In this document: in pieces, positions 22,620-31,728 of the stretch
How the letters are laid out: each line of letters opens with the position of its first letter
Numbering within the stretch: the first letter of the stretch is position 1
DNA from: Vulcanisaeta distributa DSM 14429
Lineage (GTDB): Archaea > Thermoproteota > Thermoprotei > Thermoproteales > Thermocladiaceae
Assembly: GCF_000148385.1 (NCBI RefSeq)
Contig: NC_014537.1
Span: forward strand, 900,001 to 932,000
DNA: 32,000 nucleotides
Reading direction: 5' to 3'
Notes under the pieces: generated by a model
The model's input: only the letters and a program-made list of their open reading frames with translations
The model's database searches: none
Told to the model about the DNA's origin: nothing
Translations under genes and position numbers: made by a program

Positions 22620-22680
22620 ATTGGTGATTAGGCGCGTTGGTTCTGAGAAGTGATGAGTGACGGGCGAGAAGGATGAATCA
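22620..22680 (+). ncRNA. Weak candidate C/D box sRNA (three of four boxes)
   Basis: The plus strand reads GUGAUUA(C-like; 22624-22630)-12 nt-CUGA(22643-22646)-GAA-GUGAUGA(22650-22656). No CUGA follows at 12 nt; the nearest D-like element is AUGA at 22673-22676, a 16-nt spacer. Confidence 0.3.
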
Positions 22681-23235
22681 CCTCCTTGGAAATATCGACC
22701 TACAAGGCACTTGACCCTTCCTTATCATGCCCATGAATTCTACGTATGAATCATAGACATCCTTAATCCACGCATTGATACCCTTAAAGTACACGGGCTC
22801 CGTATTCAATAACTCAAGTAGCTCATCAGCACTCAGCTTATTTATGTAATAGCAGGGGTCCTTCAGCAATAGTACTCTGCGGTACTCCCTAGCCATAACC
22901 TCAGTCACAGGGGTCCCAGCGATATAATCCACATTCCTAATCAATGGCTCAACATCATCTAATGATATTTTATTCACAAACCCCCTACGTTCCCACTCAT
23001 CAACAACGGAGTAGAAATACCTAATGAGGTCATCTAAATATGGGCGTCCATTATTAAAGTACATAACGACTATTGGATGATTGAGCCACCCAATTTTGCC
23101 ATCTTTGAGTACATTGAGTTTCCTAAGTATTGCAAGTATAACCTGCTTAGTCTCAACTCTCTGCTTACCAAGCCTTAAATCATCAAGAAATCTGGCTGAC
23201 CTCTGGTGATCAATGTATGGCCTAAATACCTGCAT
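22678..23235 (-). CDS. Conserved protein, possibly pyrimidine-dimer DNA glycosylase-like (Pyr_excise-related) family
   Basis: 185-aa ORF. The N-terminus 'MQVFRPYIDHQRSARFLDDLRLGKQRVETKQVI' matches a widespread family ('MQTFLPY...LD..RLGKQRVE') that I recall being grouped with T4 endonuclease V-like proteins. The function call is tentative. Confidence 0.55.
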   Translation of the reverse strand: MQVFRPYIDHQRSARFLDDLRLGKQRVETKQVILAILRKLNVLKDGKIGWLNHPIVVMYFNNGRPYLDDLIRYFYSVVDEWERRGFVNKISLDDVEPLIRNVDYIAGTPVTEVMAREYRRVLLLKDPCYYINKLSADELLELLNTEPVYFKGINAWIKDVYDSYVEFMGMIRKGQVPCRSIFPRR

Positions 23236-23432
23236 TGGCGAATAATTACTTATGGGGCATCTTTATTTTTAGTCCTCAGGGTAATAATTAATGAAGGTAG
23301 TACTTAAAAATATGGTCTCTCCCTAAGGCACGTATGCTTATGAATAGCGCCGAATTACAAAGGTATTATTTAATACGATTATGTGAAAAGGATGGGATAA
23401 TTACAAAGATAATAGTAAATGGGTGAGGTGCC

Positions 23433-24923
23433 ATGAGCTTACCCGTACATAGTGACCCCATACTAATAACTTCGCTTGCACTACCCTTCATAGCCTCGAT
23501 AATAGCTGGAATAATAGGCAGGAGATACAGTAGGGCTGCCATGGTCCTCACGTCGGTTTCATTCATACCACTGTTCATATACGCATCCTACCTATTGGCA
23601 CTTGGTGCATTCTACCTGGTACCCCTTGGTAGTCCTTTACCAAGACCAATAGGTACAATGTACCTGATAAGTGACGGCCTAAGCAATGCCTTTGGACTGG
23701 CAATAGCGCTCGTTGGAATAACACTGGAGATTGCCTCCTACCCGTACATGAAGCATAGGTTCCACGTACTTGAGCTACCCGAGCAATTCGACGTGTATTA
23801 CCTACTCTTCACATTATGTGCTGCGAGTATGGAATTGCTAATATATGCATATAATCTATTGCTAATCTACATTGCCCTTGAGATTTCGTTGATAACGCCC
23901 GTAATATTGATTTATTACTACGGTTATGACACCCAGGGTAAAACAAGGCGTTGGATAGCCCTCCTGTACTTCGTATACGGAATGCTGGCAAGCACATTAT
24001 TCCTAATAGGCGCGGTAATGGTGGCTCTGGAGAACAATACCATGGACCTCGCCGCAGTGAAGAATATATCCCTCATAGCGTGGGCATTGATGTTCATTGG
24101 ACTATTAATAAAGCTACCAAGCTTTGGCCCACACGTGTGGATACCCTGGGTCCACGGTTCTCACCCAACCCCAGTGGCAGCCTTGATATCAGGCCTTGTT
24201 GGCCTAATGGCTTATGTGCTGGCCAGGCTATACTTAATCTCTCCATACTTCATTAATGAATTTAGGTTGCCAATACTCATATACGCAATAATTGGCGGCA
24301 TCATTATAAGCCTCGGTGTAATTAGGCATCAGTATCACTATAAGTGGTTGTTAGCGTACTCGACGGCGGCCAACTCCACATACCTATTAATAGGGCTGAC
24401 GCTGGGCTCATACGGAATACTTGGACTAACCATGCACTACATATCGCACCTATTCGGTAAGACTGTCCTATTCATGACCGCGGCCTCCATAATTGTTTAC
24501 TACGAGGAGTTTGACATAAGAAGAATGGGTGGCCTACAGACCTACATGCCGTCTGTCGGCGCGGCTGCCGTGCTCGGCTGGATGGCTCTCTCAGGAGTAC
24601 TGACCCTATCATTACTTGCCGAGTTTTACCTATTCCTTGGCCTCGTGAATGTCGTACTGCCATCATATGGGCTTTGGGTATTTATAGGCTTGGCCGTTGG
24701 GCTAGCCGTGGTATTCATATTAACGGGGTACTACGGCTTCTGGACACTAAAGCAGGTGTTTTATGGGCAGCCCAGGGGTAATTACCACAAGGTTAATGTT
24801 GACCCTAAGCTCGTGGTGCCATTATATATGCTTGGCCTAGCCGCAATAATACTTTTATTCCCACCGGCATCCACATACCTTGTGCACTCAATACTAATGG
24901 GTATTAGCACAATAATGGGGTGA
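23433..24923 (+). CDS. Complex I / Mrp antiporter-like subunit (NuoM/NuoN/MrpD type)
   Basis: 496-aa polytopic membrane ORF. 'LIKLPSFGPHVWIPWVHGSHPTPVAALISG' corresponds to the proton-pumping-subunit motif (cf. 'LPLHxWLPDAHxEAPTxGS'). I cannot separate M from N by eye. Confidence 0.82.
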   Translation: MSLPVHSDPILITSLALPFIASIIAGIIGRRYSRAAMVLTSVSFIPLFIYASYLLALGAFYLVPLGSPLPRPIGTMYLISDGLSNAFGLAIALVGITLEIASYPYMKHRFHVLELPEQFDVYYLLFTLCAASMELLIYAYNLLLIYIALEISLITPVILIYYYGYDTQGKTRRWIALLYFVYGMLASTLFLIGAVMVALENNTMDLAAVKNISLIAWALMFIGLLIKLPSFGPHVWIPWVHGSHPTPVAALISGLVGLMAYVLARLYLISPYFINEFRLPILIYAIIGGIIISLGVIRHQYHYKWLLAYSTAANSTYLLIGLTLGSYGILGLTMHYISHLFGKTVLFMTAASIIVYYEEFDIRRMGGLQTYMPSVGAAAVLGWMALSGVLTLSLLAEFYLFLGLVNVVLPSYGLWVFIGLAVGLAVVFILTGYYGFWTLKQVFYGQPRGNYHKVNVDPKLVVPLYMLGLAAIILLFPPASTYLVHSILMGISTIMG

Positions 24924-26926
24924 TGGGCATGCTCTCAAGCCTACTCGGTGAACTAATGGGATTAATGCTACTATCACCCATAGTACTCGCATCACCAATA
25001 GCCATCTACTGGTTATTCAATCAGGACCCAAGAAAGGCAAGACCACTGGCTTACCTGGCAGTTATTGGTCTCGGCATTTCCGCAATAACGGCCACGTACA
25101 TAGAGGTTGCATTCCCATGGGAAAACATAGCCTATAACATACCGTGGATGATCCTACCATCATCAAGCGGTAGCATCACTATATACGTGTCATTCATAGT
25201 GGATTTCCTCAGTCGAAACATGGGCCTACTAACGGCCTGGCTTGCCTTCATAATCGGGGCCTATAGCCTTGACTACCTAGCCAATGACTACAGGCTCGGT
25301 TGGTTCTGGTTTTTCTTCAACCTCTTCACGGCGTCCATGTTGCTCACAGTGTATGCGAATGATTTATTGTTCATGTTCATCGGTTGGGAGGGGCTTGGCT
25401 TCAGTTCGTGGGCATTGATAGGGCATTGGTATAAGGATGATGATGAGTTATCCTACGTTGGGAGGGTTGGTGATAAATTAGTACTCGATAAACCAGCCTG
25501 GACAACGCCATCGTACGCAGCCTATAGGGCAATAGCCACGATAAGATTTGGCGACATGCCAATGCTAGGCGCAATAGCCTCAATAGGCATACTGGGCGGC
25601 TCCCTAGTACTGACTCCAGTAAATGGAGTCCCAGCCATAAATTGGTCGAACGTAATCTCAACACTGGGTGTTGGTGGTACCATAGCCCTACTACTGGCGT
25701 TCATGCTCGGCCCTTACACCAAGAGTGCCCAGGTTCCATTTAATGATTGGTTGCTCACGGCAATGACAGGCCCCACATCAGTCTCAGCACTACTTCACTC
25801 GGCAACGATGGTCGCCGCAGGCGTTTACATATTCATGAGATTAACAGAGTCCCTCCACGCAGCTGGCGTCATTACTTACCCAGGCGTTGAGATTATGTAC
25901 CTAGTCACGGTATACATAGGACTCCTAACGGCCTTACTTGGTGCGTTGTTCGCAATGATGATTGATGAGAGGAAGGTCATCCTGGCGGGATCCACAATGT
26001 CCTCCTTAGGCTTCATGATGGGTGTGACTGCATTAACGCCATTCATACCCCAGGTGGTTCATGTGGGTGGGTATATTGTGCCGCTGGCGGTATTGGTTGC
26101 GTTCTCGTACTTAATAATCCACGCACTGTCAAAGGCAACGTTATTCCTAGTGAGCGGGCACCTGATCCATGTTACGCACACTAGGTTTAACATGGGTAAC
26201 CTAGAACTCAGTAAGAGGATGAAGCTTGCATTCTACGCCACGTTGGCGGCAGCCATATCCCTCGGCGGTGTACCACCGCTGGCTGGCTACTGGATACACG
26301 CAGCAATGGATGAGGTGGCTACGGAGACAATATCCGTGGTTGGATACGGCGCATACATACTAATGTTACTGGCAAGCCTGGCCTACGTGGCCTTCCTCGC
26401 CAGATTCACCTCCCTAAACTTCATTAAAGGTGAGGCGCCGCATGTCCATGAGGAGCATGGTAAATATCCATTAATGGTTGCTGCCTATACAATAACAGGT
26501 ACTGCGGCGTTGGCAGCCCTGGCAATACCCTTTGTATTAACGCCTCACATATTCGTTGAGGCAGGTATAGATCCCGTGGTTATTGCCATAGGCATTGTTT
26601 TGTGGGTCATATTCGTAATTGCGCTGATAAAGCCTAGGGTTGGTAATCTAGGGTTAATAACAAGGATCTTTGAGAGGAGGTATTACCTGCAGGCGTTCAT
26701 GGATGTGGTTTTGGCGGGCTTTGGATACATATTGACGGTAATCGCGTTCTACATATATAAGGGTATTGACATATTCTTTAACTTCATCATACCAGATGCC
26801 ACGATGGCACTGTCGAGGTACATAAGGACGATACAGAGAGGCTACTTAAGGACTTACCTTGAGATGATTCTGGTTACGCTGGCCGTGGCAGTACTGGTAA
26901 TATTAATAATAATTGCGTTACTTTAA
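24920..26926 (+). CDS. nuoL: Complex I antiporter-like subunit L (NuoL/MrpA type)
   Basis: 668-aa ORF with an ATGA-type 4-nt overlap. 'MFIGWEGLGFSSWALIGHWY' and 'TKSAQVPFNDWLLTAMTGPTSVSALLHSATMVAAGVYIFMRL' are NuoL hallmarks. A long C-terminal extension with extra helices is present. Confidence 0.88.
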   Translation: MMGMLSSLLGELMGLMLLSPIVLASPIAIYWLFNQDPRKARPLAYLAVIGLGISAITATYIEVAFPWENIAYNIPWMILPSSSGSITIYVSFIVDFLSRNMGLLTAWLAFIIGAYSLDYLANDYRLGWFWFFFNLFTASMLLTVYANDLLFMFIGWEGLGFSSWALIGHWYKDDDELSYVGRVGDKLVLDKPAWTTPSYAAYRAIATIRFGDMPMLGAIASIGILGGSLVLTPVNGVPAINWSNVISTLGVGGTIALLLAFMLGPYTKSAQVPFNDWLLTAMTGPTSVSALLHSATMVAAGVYIFMRLTESLHAAGVITYPGVEIMYLVTVYIGLLTALLGALFAMMIDERKVILAGSTMSSLGFMMGVTALTPFIPQVVHVGGYIVPLAVLVAFSYLIIHALSKATLFLVSGHLIHVTHTRFNMGNLELSKRMKLAFYATLAAAISLGGVPPLAGYWIHAAMDEVATETISVVGYGAYILMLLASLAYVAFLARFTSLNFIKGEAPHVHEEHGKYPLMVAAYTITGTAALAALAIPFVLTPHIFVEAGIDPVVIAIGIVLWVIFVIALIKPRVGNLGLITRIFERRYYLQAFMDVVLAGFGYILTVIAFYIYKGIDIFFNFIIPDATMALSRYIRTIQRGYLRTYLEMILVTLAVAVLVILIIIALL

Positions 26927-26946
26927 AGTTGAAAGAACTAAAACAA

Positions 26947-28113
26947 TTATTTCTTCATTACCTGCTTTAGATACTCATTCTTAACATGGAGTATTAACTT
27001 GGGTAGGTCAATACCCATTGGGCATACTTCTCTACAATTACCAGAGTGGGTGCAGAGCATTGCGGCGGGTCCTGCCTCCATTATGCCCCTAGTCACTGCC
27101 GTCCATGGAATACCCATAGGCCCTGTGTACGGTGGTTTGCCAAACCTTGGTCCCGCAGCCCAGTAGGTTGGGCAGTGCATGCTGCACCTGCCACACCTTA
27201 CGCAGAGTAATATTTCCCAAAGCACTGGATCCTTCGCGGCTTTTCTCCTCCCATTATCCACAAGGATCATGTAAAACTCCTTAGGCCCCTGGGCAGGTGA
27301 TACCCTGTACATCTCAACATCGGCAGTGCTACTCGGACCAGCGGTTAGGTTCACGTATGTTGGTGGGTAAAGCCCTGCATATGCCGCCTGTACCAGCGTC
27401 TCAATCATTGCGTGGTATAGCGTCGGTACGATCTTCTCAATGCCATCATAAACAATGTGCACTGGGGGTAATACACTGGTCATCCTTATATTGCCCTCAT
27501 TCTCAACGAGCAGAACTGCGCCCGTGTCCGCAGCAATCGCGTTTGCACCCGTAATACCCACATTTGCCTTAAGGAACTTCTCCCTGAGGAATTCCCTAGC
27601 CCTTTGCGCAATGGCGACTGGGTCTGGTGGAACGTCAATGCCAAGCCTCTCCTTCATTACCTGGGAGATCCTCTCCTTAGTCATGTGCAGTGCAGGTGCA
27701 AGTATGTGGCTTGGCTCTTCATTCGCTATTTGCACTAGGAACTCCCCAAGGTCCGTTTCCCAAACCTCATTACCTAGCTTCTCCAGGTAGGGTCTAAGCC
27801 CCGTTTCCGTGGCGACGTTATTCTTACTCATGACTATGACCTTACCATTACCCACGATCTTACCCACAATTTCCCTAGCCTCATCGGGAGTTTCGGCTAA
27901 GTAGAATTTGCCGCCTATCCTCTCGATGGACTTCCTCGTCAAATCTATGTAATAATCAAAGTTCCTAATTACCTCCTCCTTAGCCTTCCTAAGCTCCTTA
28001 GCCAGGTCCGGTAGGTATGTATGTCTTTTCAGAATCTCGAAAACAGCGGGTATATTTGATGCCTTAGCCCTACTTATCGCAACATCCCAATTCGGGGGTG
28101 CCAAGGACTCCAT
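26947..28113 (-). CDS. LutB-like LUD-domain iron-sulfur protein
   Basis: 388-aa ORF. 'VWETDLGEFLVQIANEEPSHILAPALH' matches LutB ('ETDLGEYI...PSHI'). Cys clusters 'CVRCGRCSMHCP' and 'CTHSGNCREVCP' are ferredoxin-type 4Fe-4S motifs. Confidence 0.8.
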   Translation of the reverse strand: MESLAPPNWDVAISRAKASNIPAVFEILKRHTYLPDLAKELRKAKEEVIRNFDYYIDLTRKSIERIGGKFYLAETPDEAREIVGKIVGNGKVIVMSKNNVATETGLRPYLEKLGNEVWETDLGEFLVQIANEEPSHILAPALHMTKERISQVMKERLGIDVPPDPVAIAQRAREFLREKFLKANVGITGANAIAADTGAVLLVENEGNIRMTSVLPPVHIVYDGIEKIVPTLYHAMIETLVQAAYAGLYPPTYVNLTAGPSSTADVEMYRVSPAQGPKEFYMILVDNGRRKAAKDPVLWEILLCVRCGRCSMHCPTYWAAGPRFGKPPYTGPMGIPWTAVTRGIMEAGPAAMLCTHSGNCREVCPMGIDLPKLILHVKNEYLKQVMKK

Positions 28114-28169
28114 ATAGGTAATTGTCTCATTACAACATATATTTAAATATGAAATCTAACAGCAATGCA

Positions 28170-29168
28170 TTATTCACCGTACTTTAAATGCCACAATCTC
28201 ATGACCTCATCCTCAATAAAACCATGAACCTCCTCCAGCACCCTACCGTTACTAATTAATTCAATACCTGGTTCACCATTCACGACCTCGCCAATCACTG
28301 AGTAATTAATACCTAGCTTCTCTAACCTATTCATTGCGACCTCCACTTGATTCCTTGGAACTGTGGCTATTAGCGTGCCTGAGCTTAAGGATTTAAGTGG
28401 GTCGATGCCCAATGCATTAAATATGAGCCTCGTTTCCGGCAGGATTGGTATCTTATCTATATTAATTCTTAACCGTACATTACTGGCCTCGGCAACTTCA
28501 AGTAAACCCTGAAGTAAGCCACCCTCCGTTGGGTCATGCATTGAGTTGGCAATGTCGGCAATCTCAAGTGCCTCTTTAACAACACTTATTTCCCTGAGAA
28601 ATGCCCTCGCCCTATTAATAATCTCCTTAGAGACCCCTTTACCCATTAATTCTTCCCCAAAATCATTAGCCAGTACTGCCGTTCCTTCTAAGGCCACGTA
28701 CTTAGTAATGAGGACTAAATCGCCTGGTTTAGCCCCTGAGGTTGTTACATAGCGATTGCCAATGCCTATGGCTGTGGTTGATGCAATAACCCTATCAATA
28801 CCAGGCGTATATTCCGTATGGCCACCCACCAATGAGCCTCCTAATTCAATGAGCGCCCTGTTCACATCGCTCATAATCACTCTAATACCATCTTCACCAA
28901 CGTTGCGTGGTAATAATAAGGTTAGTAAGAACCACCTTGGTTTTACACCCCTAACTGCAATATCATTAGCCACAATATTTATTGCGAACCAACCAACACC
29001 CTCAACAGCACCCGTTATTGGATCCGTATGCATCACTAAATACTTATCTCCAACTCTAACCACTGCCGCATCCTCACCAACCCTAGGTCCAATGATTATG
29101 TCAGGATCAGCAATACCTAGGTTCGTGAATACAACCCTCCTTAACGCCTCATTACTTAACTTAACCAT
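28170..29168 (-). CDS. AIR synthase-related protein (PurM/ThiL/HypE superfamily), not HypE proper
   Basis: 332-aa ORF. 'GEDAAVVRVGDKYLVMHTDPITG...IVANDIAVRGVKP' is the PurM-superfamily N-domain signature. It lacks the HypE C-terminal PRIC motif. Confidence 0.78.
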   Translation of the reverse strand: MVKLSNEALRRVVFTNLGIADPDIIIGPRVGEDAAVVRVGDKYLVMHTDPITGAVEGVGWFAINIVANDIAVRGVKPRWFLLTLLLPRNVGEDGIRVIMSDVNRALIELGGSLVGGHTEYTPGIDRVIASTTAIGIGNRYVTTSGAKPGDLVLITKYVALEGTAVLANDFGEELMGKGVSKEIINRARAFLREISVVKEALEIADIANSMHDPTEGGLLQGLLEVAEASNVRLRINIDKIPILPETRLIFNALGIDPLKSLSSGTLIATVPRNQVEVAMNRLEKLGINYSVIGEVVNGEPGIELISNGRVLEEVHGFIEDEVMRLWHLKYGE

Positions 29169-29229
29169 TAATTAGGGCTGTACTTTGGGTCATTTAAGGG
29201 TTCAGGCTGGGGAGGTAAGGTTAATATAG

Positions 29230-30489
29230 ATGATCAACGTATTGGTGAGTATGACAACGCCGCGTGAAATATACGAGAGATCCCTTGAGGCGCTGAAGGT
29301 AATTAAGGAGGCGCAGGCGAGAGGTCTTGTGCATAGGACACCATTAATAAGGTCTGAGACGTTAAGCAATATTGCTGGTGCAAATGTTTGGTTGAAGCTT
29401 GAGGCCCTTCAAAAAACTGGTTCGTTTAAGGTTAGGGGTGCGTACTTTGCAATTAATAATATCGTTAATAAACTCGGTGTCAAGCACGTGGTTACTGCAT
29501 CCGCGGGGAACCATGCACAGGGTGTTGCGTACTCAGCTAGTCTCGTTGGTATTAAGGCAACCGTGGTTATGCCACAGTATACCCCATGGATTAAGATAGC
29601 AAGGACCAAGAGGTATGGCGCCGACGTAATACTTCATGGTGAATCCTATAGTGAGGCTGAGGATTATGCCGTGAAGTTAGCGAAGGAGTTGGGGGCCTAT
29701 TATGTACATGCCTATAATGATCCAGACGTCATAGCCGGTCAGGGAACCATAGGCTTTGAGATTCTCGAGGACCTTAACAACGTTGACTACGTAATAGTGC
29801 CTGTGGGTGGTGGCGGTTTGATTTCGGGTATTGCATCCGTAATTAAGACCGTTAATCCCAGGGTTAAGGTAATTGGGGTCCAAAGTGAGGGTGCACCAGG
29901 CGCTTATCTAAGCCTTAAGAGTGGTAGGATAGTTACCATTGAGAAGGTCGACACGATTGCGGATGGCATTGCCGTTAAGAGGATTGGTGACTTAACCTTC
30001 AAATTAATGAGTGAGTTGCTTGATGATATTGTACTCGTCAATGACCTGGAGATTGCCAAGGCCATACTCACGATAGCCGAGAGTGTGAAGGTCATAGCCG
30101 AGGGCGCGGGCGCTGCTAGCGTCGCCGCCTTAATTAGTGATAAGGTTAAGGTTAGTGGTAATGTGGTTGCCATTGTTAGTGGTGGTAATATTGATATGAA
30201 TATGTTGTTCAGGGTGATTAGTAAGGCATTGGCCCTTGAGGGTAGGATTGTAAAGATAAGTGGCTTATTACCGGATAGGCCGGGCATGCTTGGCAGGGTT
30301 ACCTCAATACTGGGTGAGTTGGGGGTTAATATACTCGATGTTTTCCATGAGAGGTTTGACCCAACAATAACGCCTGGCTATGCCGAGGTATCATTCATCG
30401 TGGAATTACCACCTGAGGAGGACGCGGCGAAGAAGGTCATTAGCAGGCTTAGGGAGCTTGGCTTTAACTTCAGTATTGAGAAGCCGTAA
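29230..30489 (+). CDS. ilvA: Threonine ammonia-lyase (threonine dehydratase) with one C-terminal ACT-like domain
   Basis: 419-aa ORF with PLP-lysine motif 'TGSFKVRGA', 'ASAGNHAQGVA' and a glycine loop 'VPVGGGGLISG'. A C-terminal ACT-like segment 'ISGLLPDRPGMLGRVTSILGELGVNILDV' is present. An alternative start lies at 29251. Confidence 0.9.
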   Translation: MINVLVSMTTPREIYERSLEALKVIKEAQARGLVHRTPLIRSETLSNIAGANVWLKLEALQKTGSFKVRGAYFAINNIVNKLGVKHVVTASAGNHAQGVAYSASLVGIKATVVMPQYTPWIKIARTKRYGADVILHGESYSEAEDYAVKLAKELGAYYVHAYNDPDVIAGQGTIGFEILEDLNNVDYVIVPVGGGGLISGIASVIKTVNPRVKVIGVQSEGAPGAYLSLKSGRIVTIEKVDTIADGIAVKRIGDLTFKLMSELLDDIVLVNDLEIAKAILTIAESVKVIAEGAGAASVAALISDKVKVSGNVVAIVSGGNIDMNMLFRVISKALALEGRIVKISGLLPDRPGMLGRVTSILGELGVNILDVFHERFDPTITPGYAEVSFIVELPPEEDAAKKVISRLRELGFNFSIEKP

Positions 30490-30521
30490 TGCTTTAAAGT
30501 ACGTGGCTTTACTCCTTAGTA

Positions 30522-30905
30522 ATGCCGAGGACAACGGTATTCACTGAAAAGGCTCCTAAACCAATAGGCCCATACTCACAGGCTGTGAATGTCGGTAATT
30601 TCCTATTCGTCAGTGGTCAAATACCCATTGACCCATCCACAGGGCAGTTGGTTAAGGGTGGGATTAAGGAGCAGACTGAGAGGGTTCTTGAGAATATTAA
30701 GGCAATCCTTGAGGCCGCTGGTTATTCATTAAGTAATGTGGCTTGGGTATTCGTGGCGCTTAAGGACTTGAGCAAATTCTCGGAGTTTAATGAGGTTTAT
30801 TCGAGGTACTTTAGGGAGAATCCACCTGCACGCATTACTGTTGAGGTAAGCAACCTACCCGGTGGCGCCTTGGTGGAGATATCCGTTATTGCCGTTAAGG
30901 ATTAG
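30522..30905 (+). CDS. ridA: RidA/YjgF/UK114-family reactive enamine/imine deaminase
   Basis: 127-aa ORF. '[12 protein letters not shown]...[10 protein letters not shown]...[21 protein letters not shown]...[19 protein letters not shown]' is the classic RidA pattern. Confidence 0.92.
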   Translation: MPRTTVFTEKAPKPIGPYSQAVNVGNFLFVSGQIPIDPSTGQLVKGGIKEQTERVLENIKAILEAAGYSLSNVAWVFVALKDLSKFSEFNEVYSRYFRENPPARITVEVSNLPGGALVEISVIAVKD

Positions 30906-30974
30906 GTGCACCTTAATTAAACAGTATAGTGTGCATTATTCTTATTAATGACCGAGTAATCAATTAACGCTGCC

Positions 30975-31718
30975 TTGATAAGCAATCCAATAATTAGATT
31001 TAATAGGGATTATGTAACAGTCTCTGAAATAGCCCAACAACTGTACTGCGAGTACAAGTTGCATTTATCAATAATTGAGGGCAGGATCCAAACGCCAGCC
31101 ATGGAGATGGGTATAATAATTCATGACGAGGTGTTTAAGGGACGGAGTGTTAATGAGGAGGAGTTCATGAATGCCGTTAGGAGTAATGAGCTTGTGGTTG
31201 CCACATTACCATTAATGATTAATATAAATGGGATTAACATAATTGGTATACCTGATGCCGTAGTATTTATGAAGGGTGTTGCCAAGGCAGTCATCGAGCT
31301 AAAGACAAGTAATAGGTGGTTGGATAGATTATTCGACAACGAGTATGTGCAGGCGCAATTATATGCGTACTTAATTAACAAGCTGGGCCTGGGCGCTGAT
31401 CCCTATGTCATGGTGGTAAAGGTGAAGCGTGATGTAAGTATTACGGAGAGGTTACGCCGGAGCATATTCTCCACAGCAATTAAGTACTTAACGAGTGCTG
31501 TGGAGTTACCTGCCAGGATTAGGTTTAGGGATTTCACGATATACATCAATGAGTTTGATAAATCAATAGAAGCGCATCTAAGGTGGGCTTTGGATTACTG
31601 GTTAATGCGTAGGGAGCCTAGGGCAATACCATCAGTTGGCAAGTGCGCAGTGTGTGAGTTTAATGATAAATGCCCATTCAGGGCCTACGGCCCCAACACC
31701 AATGTGGTAAATACGTAA
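30975..31718 (+). CDS. Cas4-like PD-(D/E)xK nuclease with a 4-Cys cluster (DUF83 family), solo
   Basis: 247-aa ORF with a TTG start. It has the N-terminal Cys 'QQLYCEYK', nuclease motifs 'IPDAVVF...AVIELKTS', 'QAQLYAYL' (QxxxY) and the C-terminal 'CAVCEFNDKC' (Cx2Cx5C). No cas genes or repeats are in the window. Confidence 0.75.
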   Translation: MISNPIIRFNRDYVTVSEIAQQLYCEYKLHLSIIEGRIQTPAMEMGIIIHDEVFKGRSVNEEEFMNAVRSNELVVATLPLMININGINIIGIPDAVVFMKGVAKAVIELKTSNRWLDRLFDNEYVQAQLYAYLINKLGLGADPYVMVVKVKRDVSITERLRRSIFSTAIKYLTSAVELPARIRFRDFTIYINEFDKSIEAHLRWALDYWLMRREPRAIPSVGKCAVCEFNDKCPFRAYGPNTNVVNT

Positions 31719-31728
31719 TTCATCACGC

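Noticed and set aside
20027-30287. Remaining short overlapping track ORFs (20027-20266, 20886-21086, 21256-21483, 21693-21974, 23366-23578, 23809-24256, 24472-24666, 25401-25704, 27297-27790, 28546-29175, 29399-30287)
   Set aside because: All are nested in or antisense to long genes with strong family motifs (TmcA, Nuo-like, LutB-like, PurM-like, IlvA). Their compositions (Arg/Ser/Pro/Leu-rich) are those of non-coding frames.
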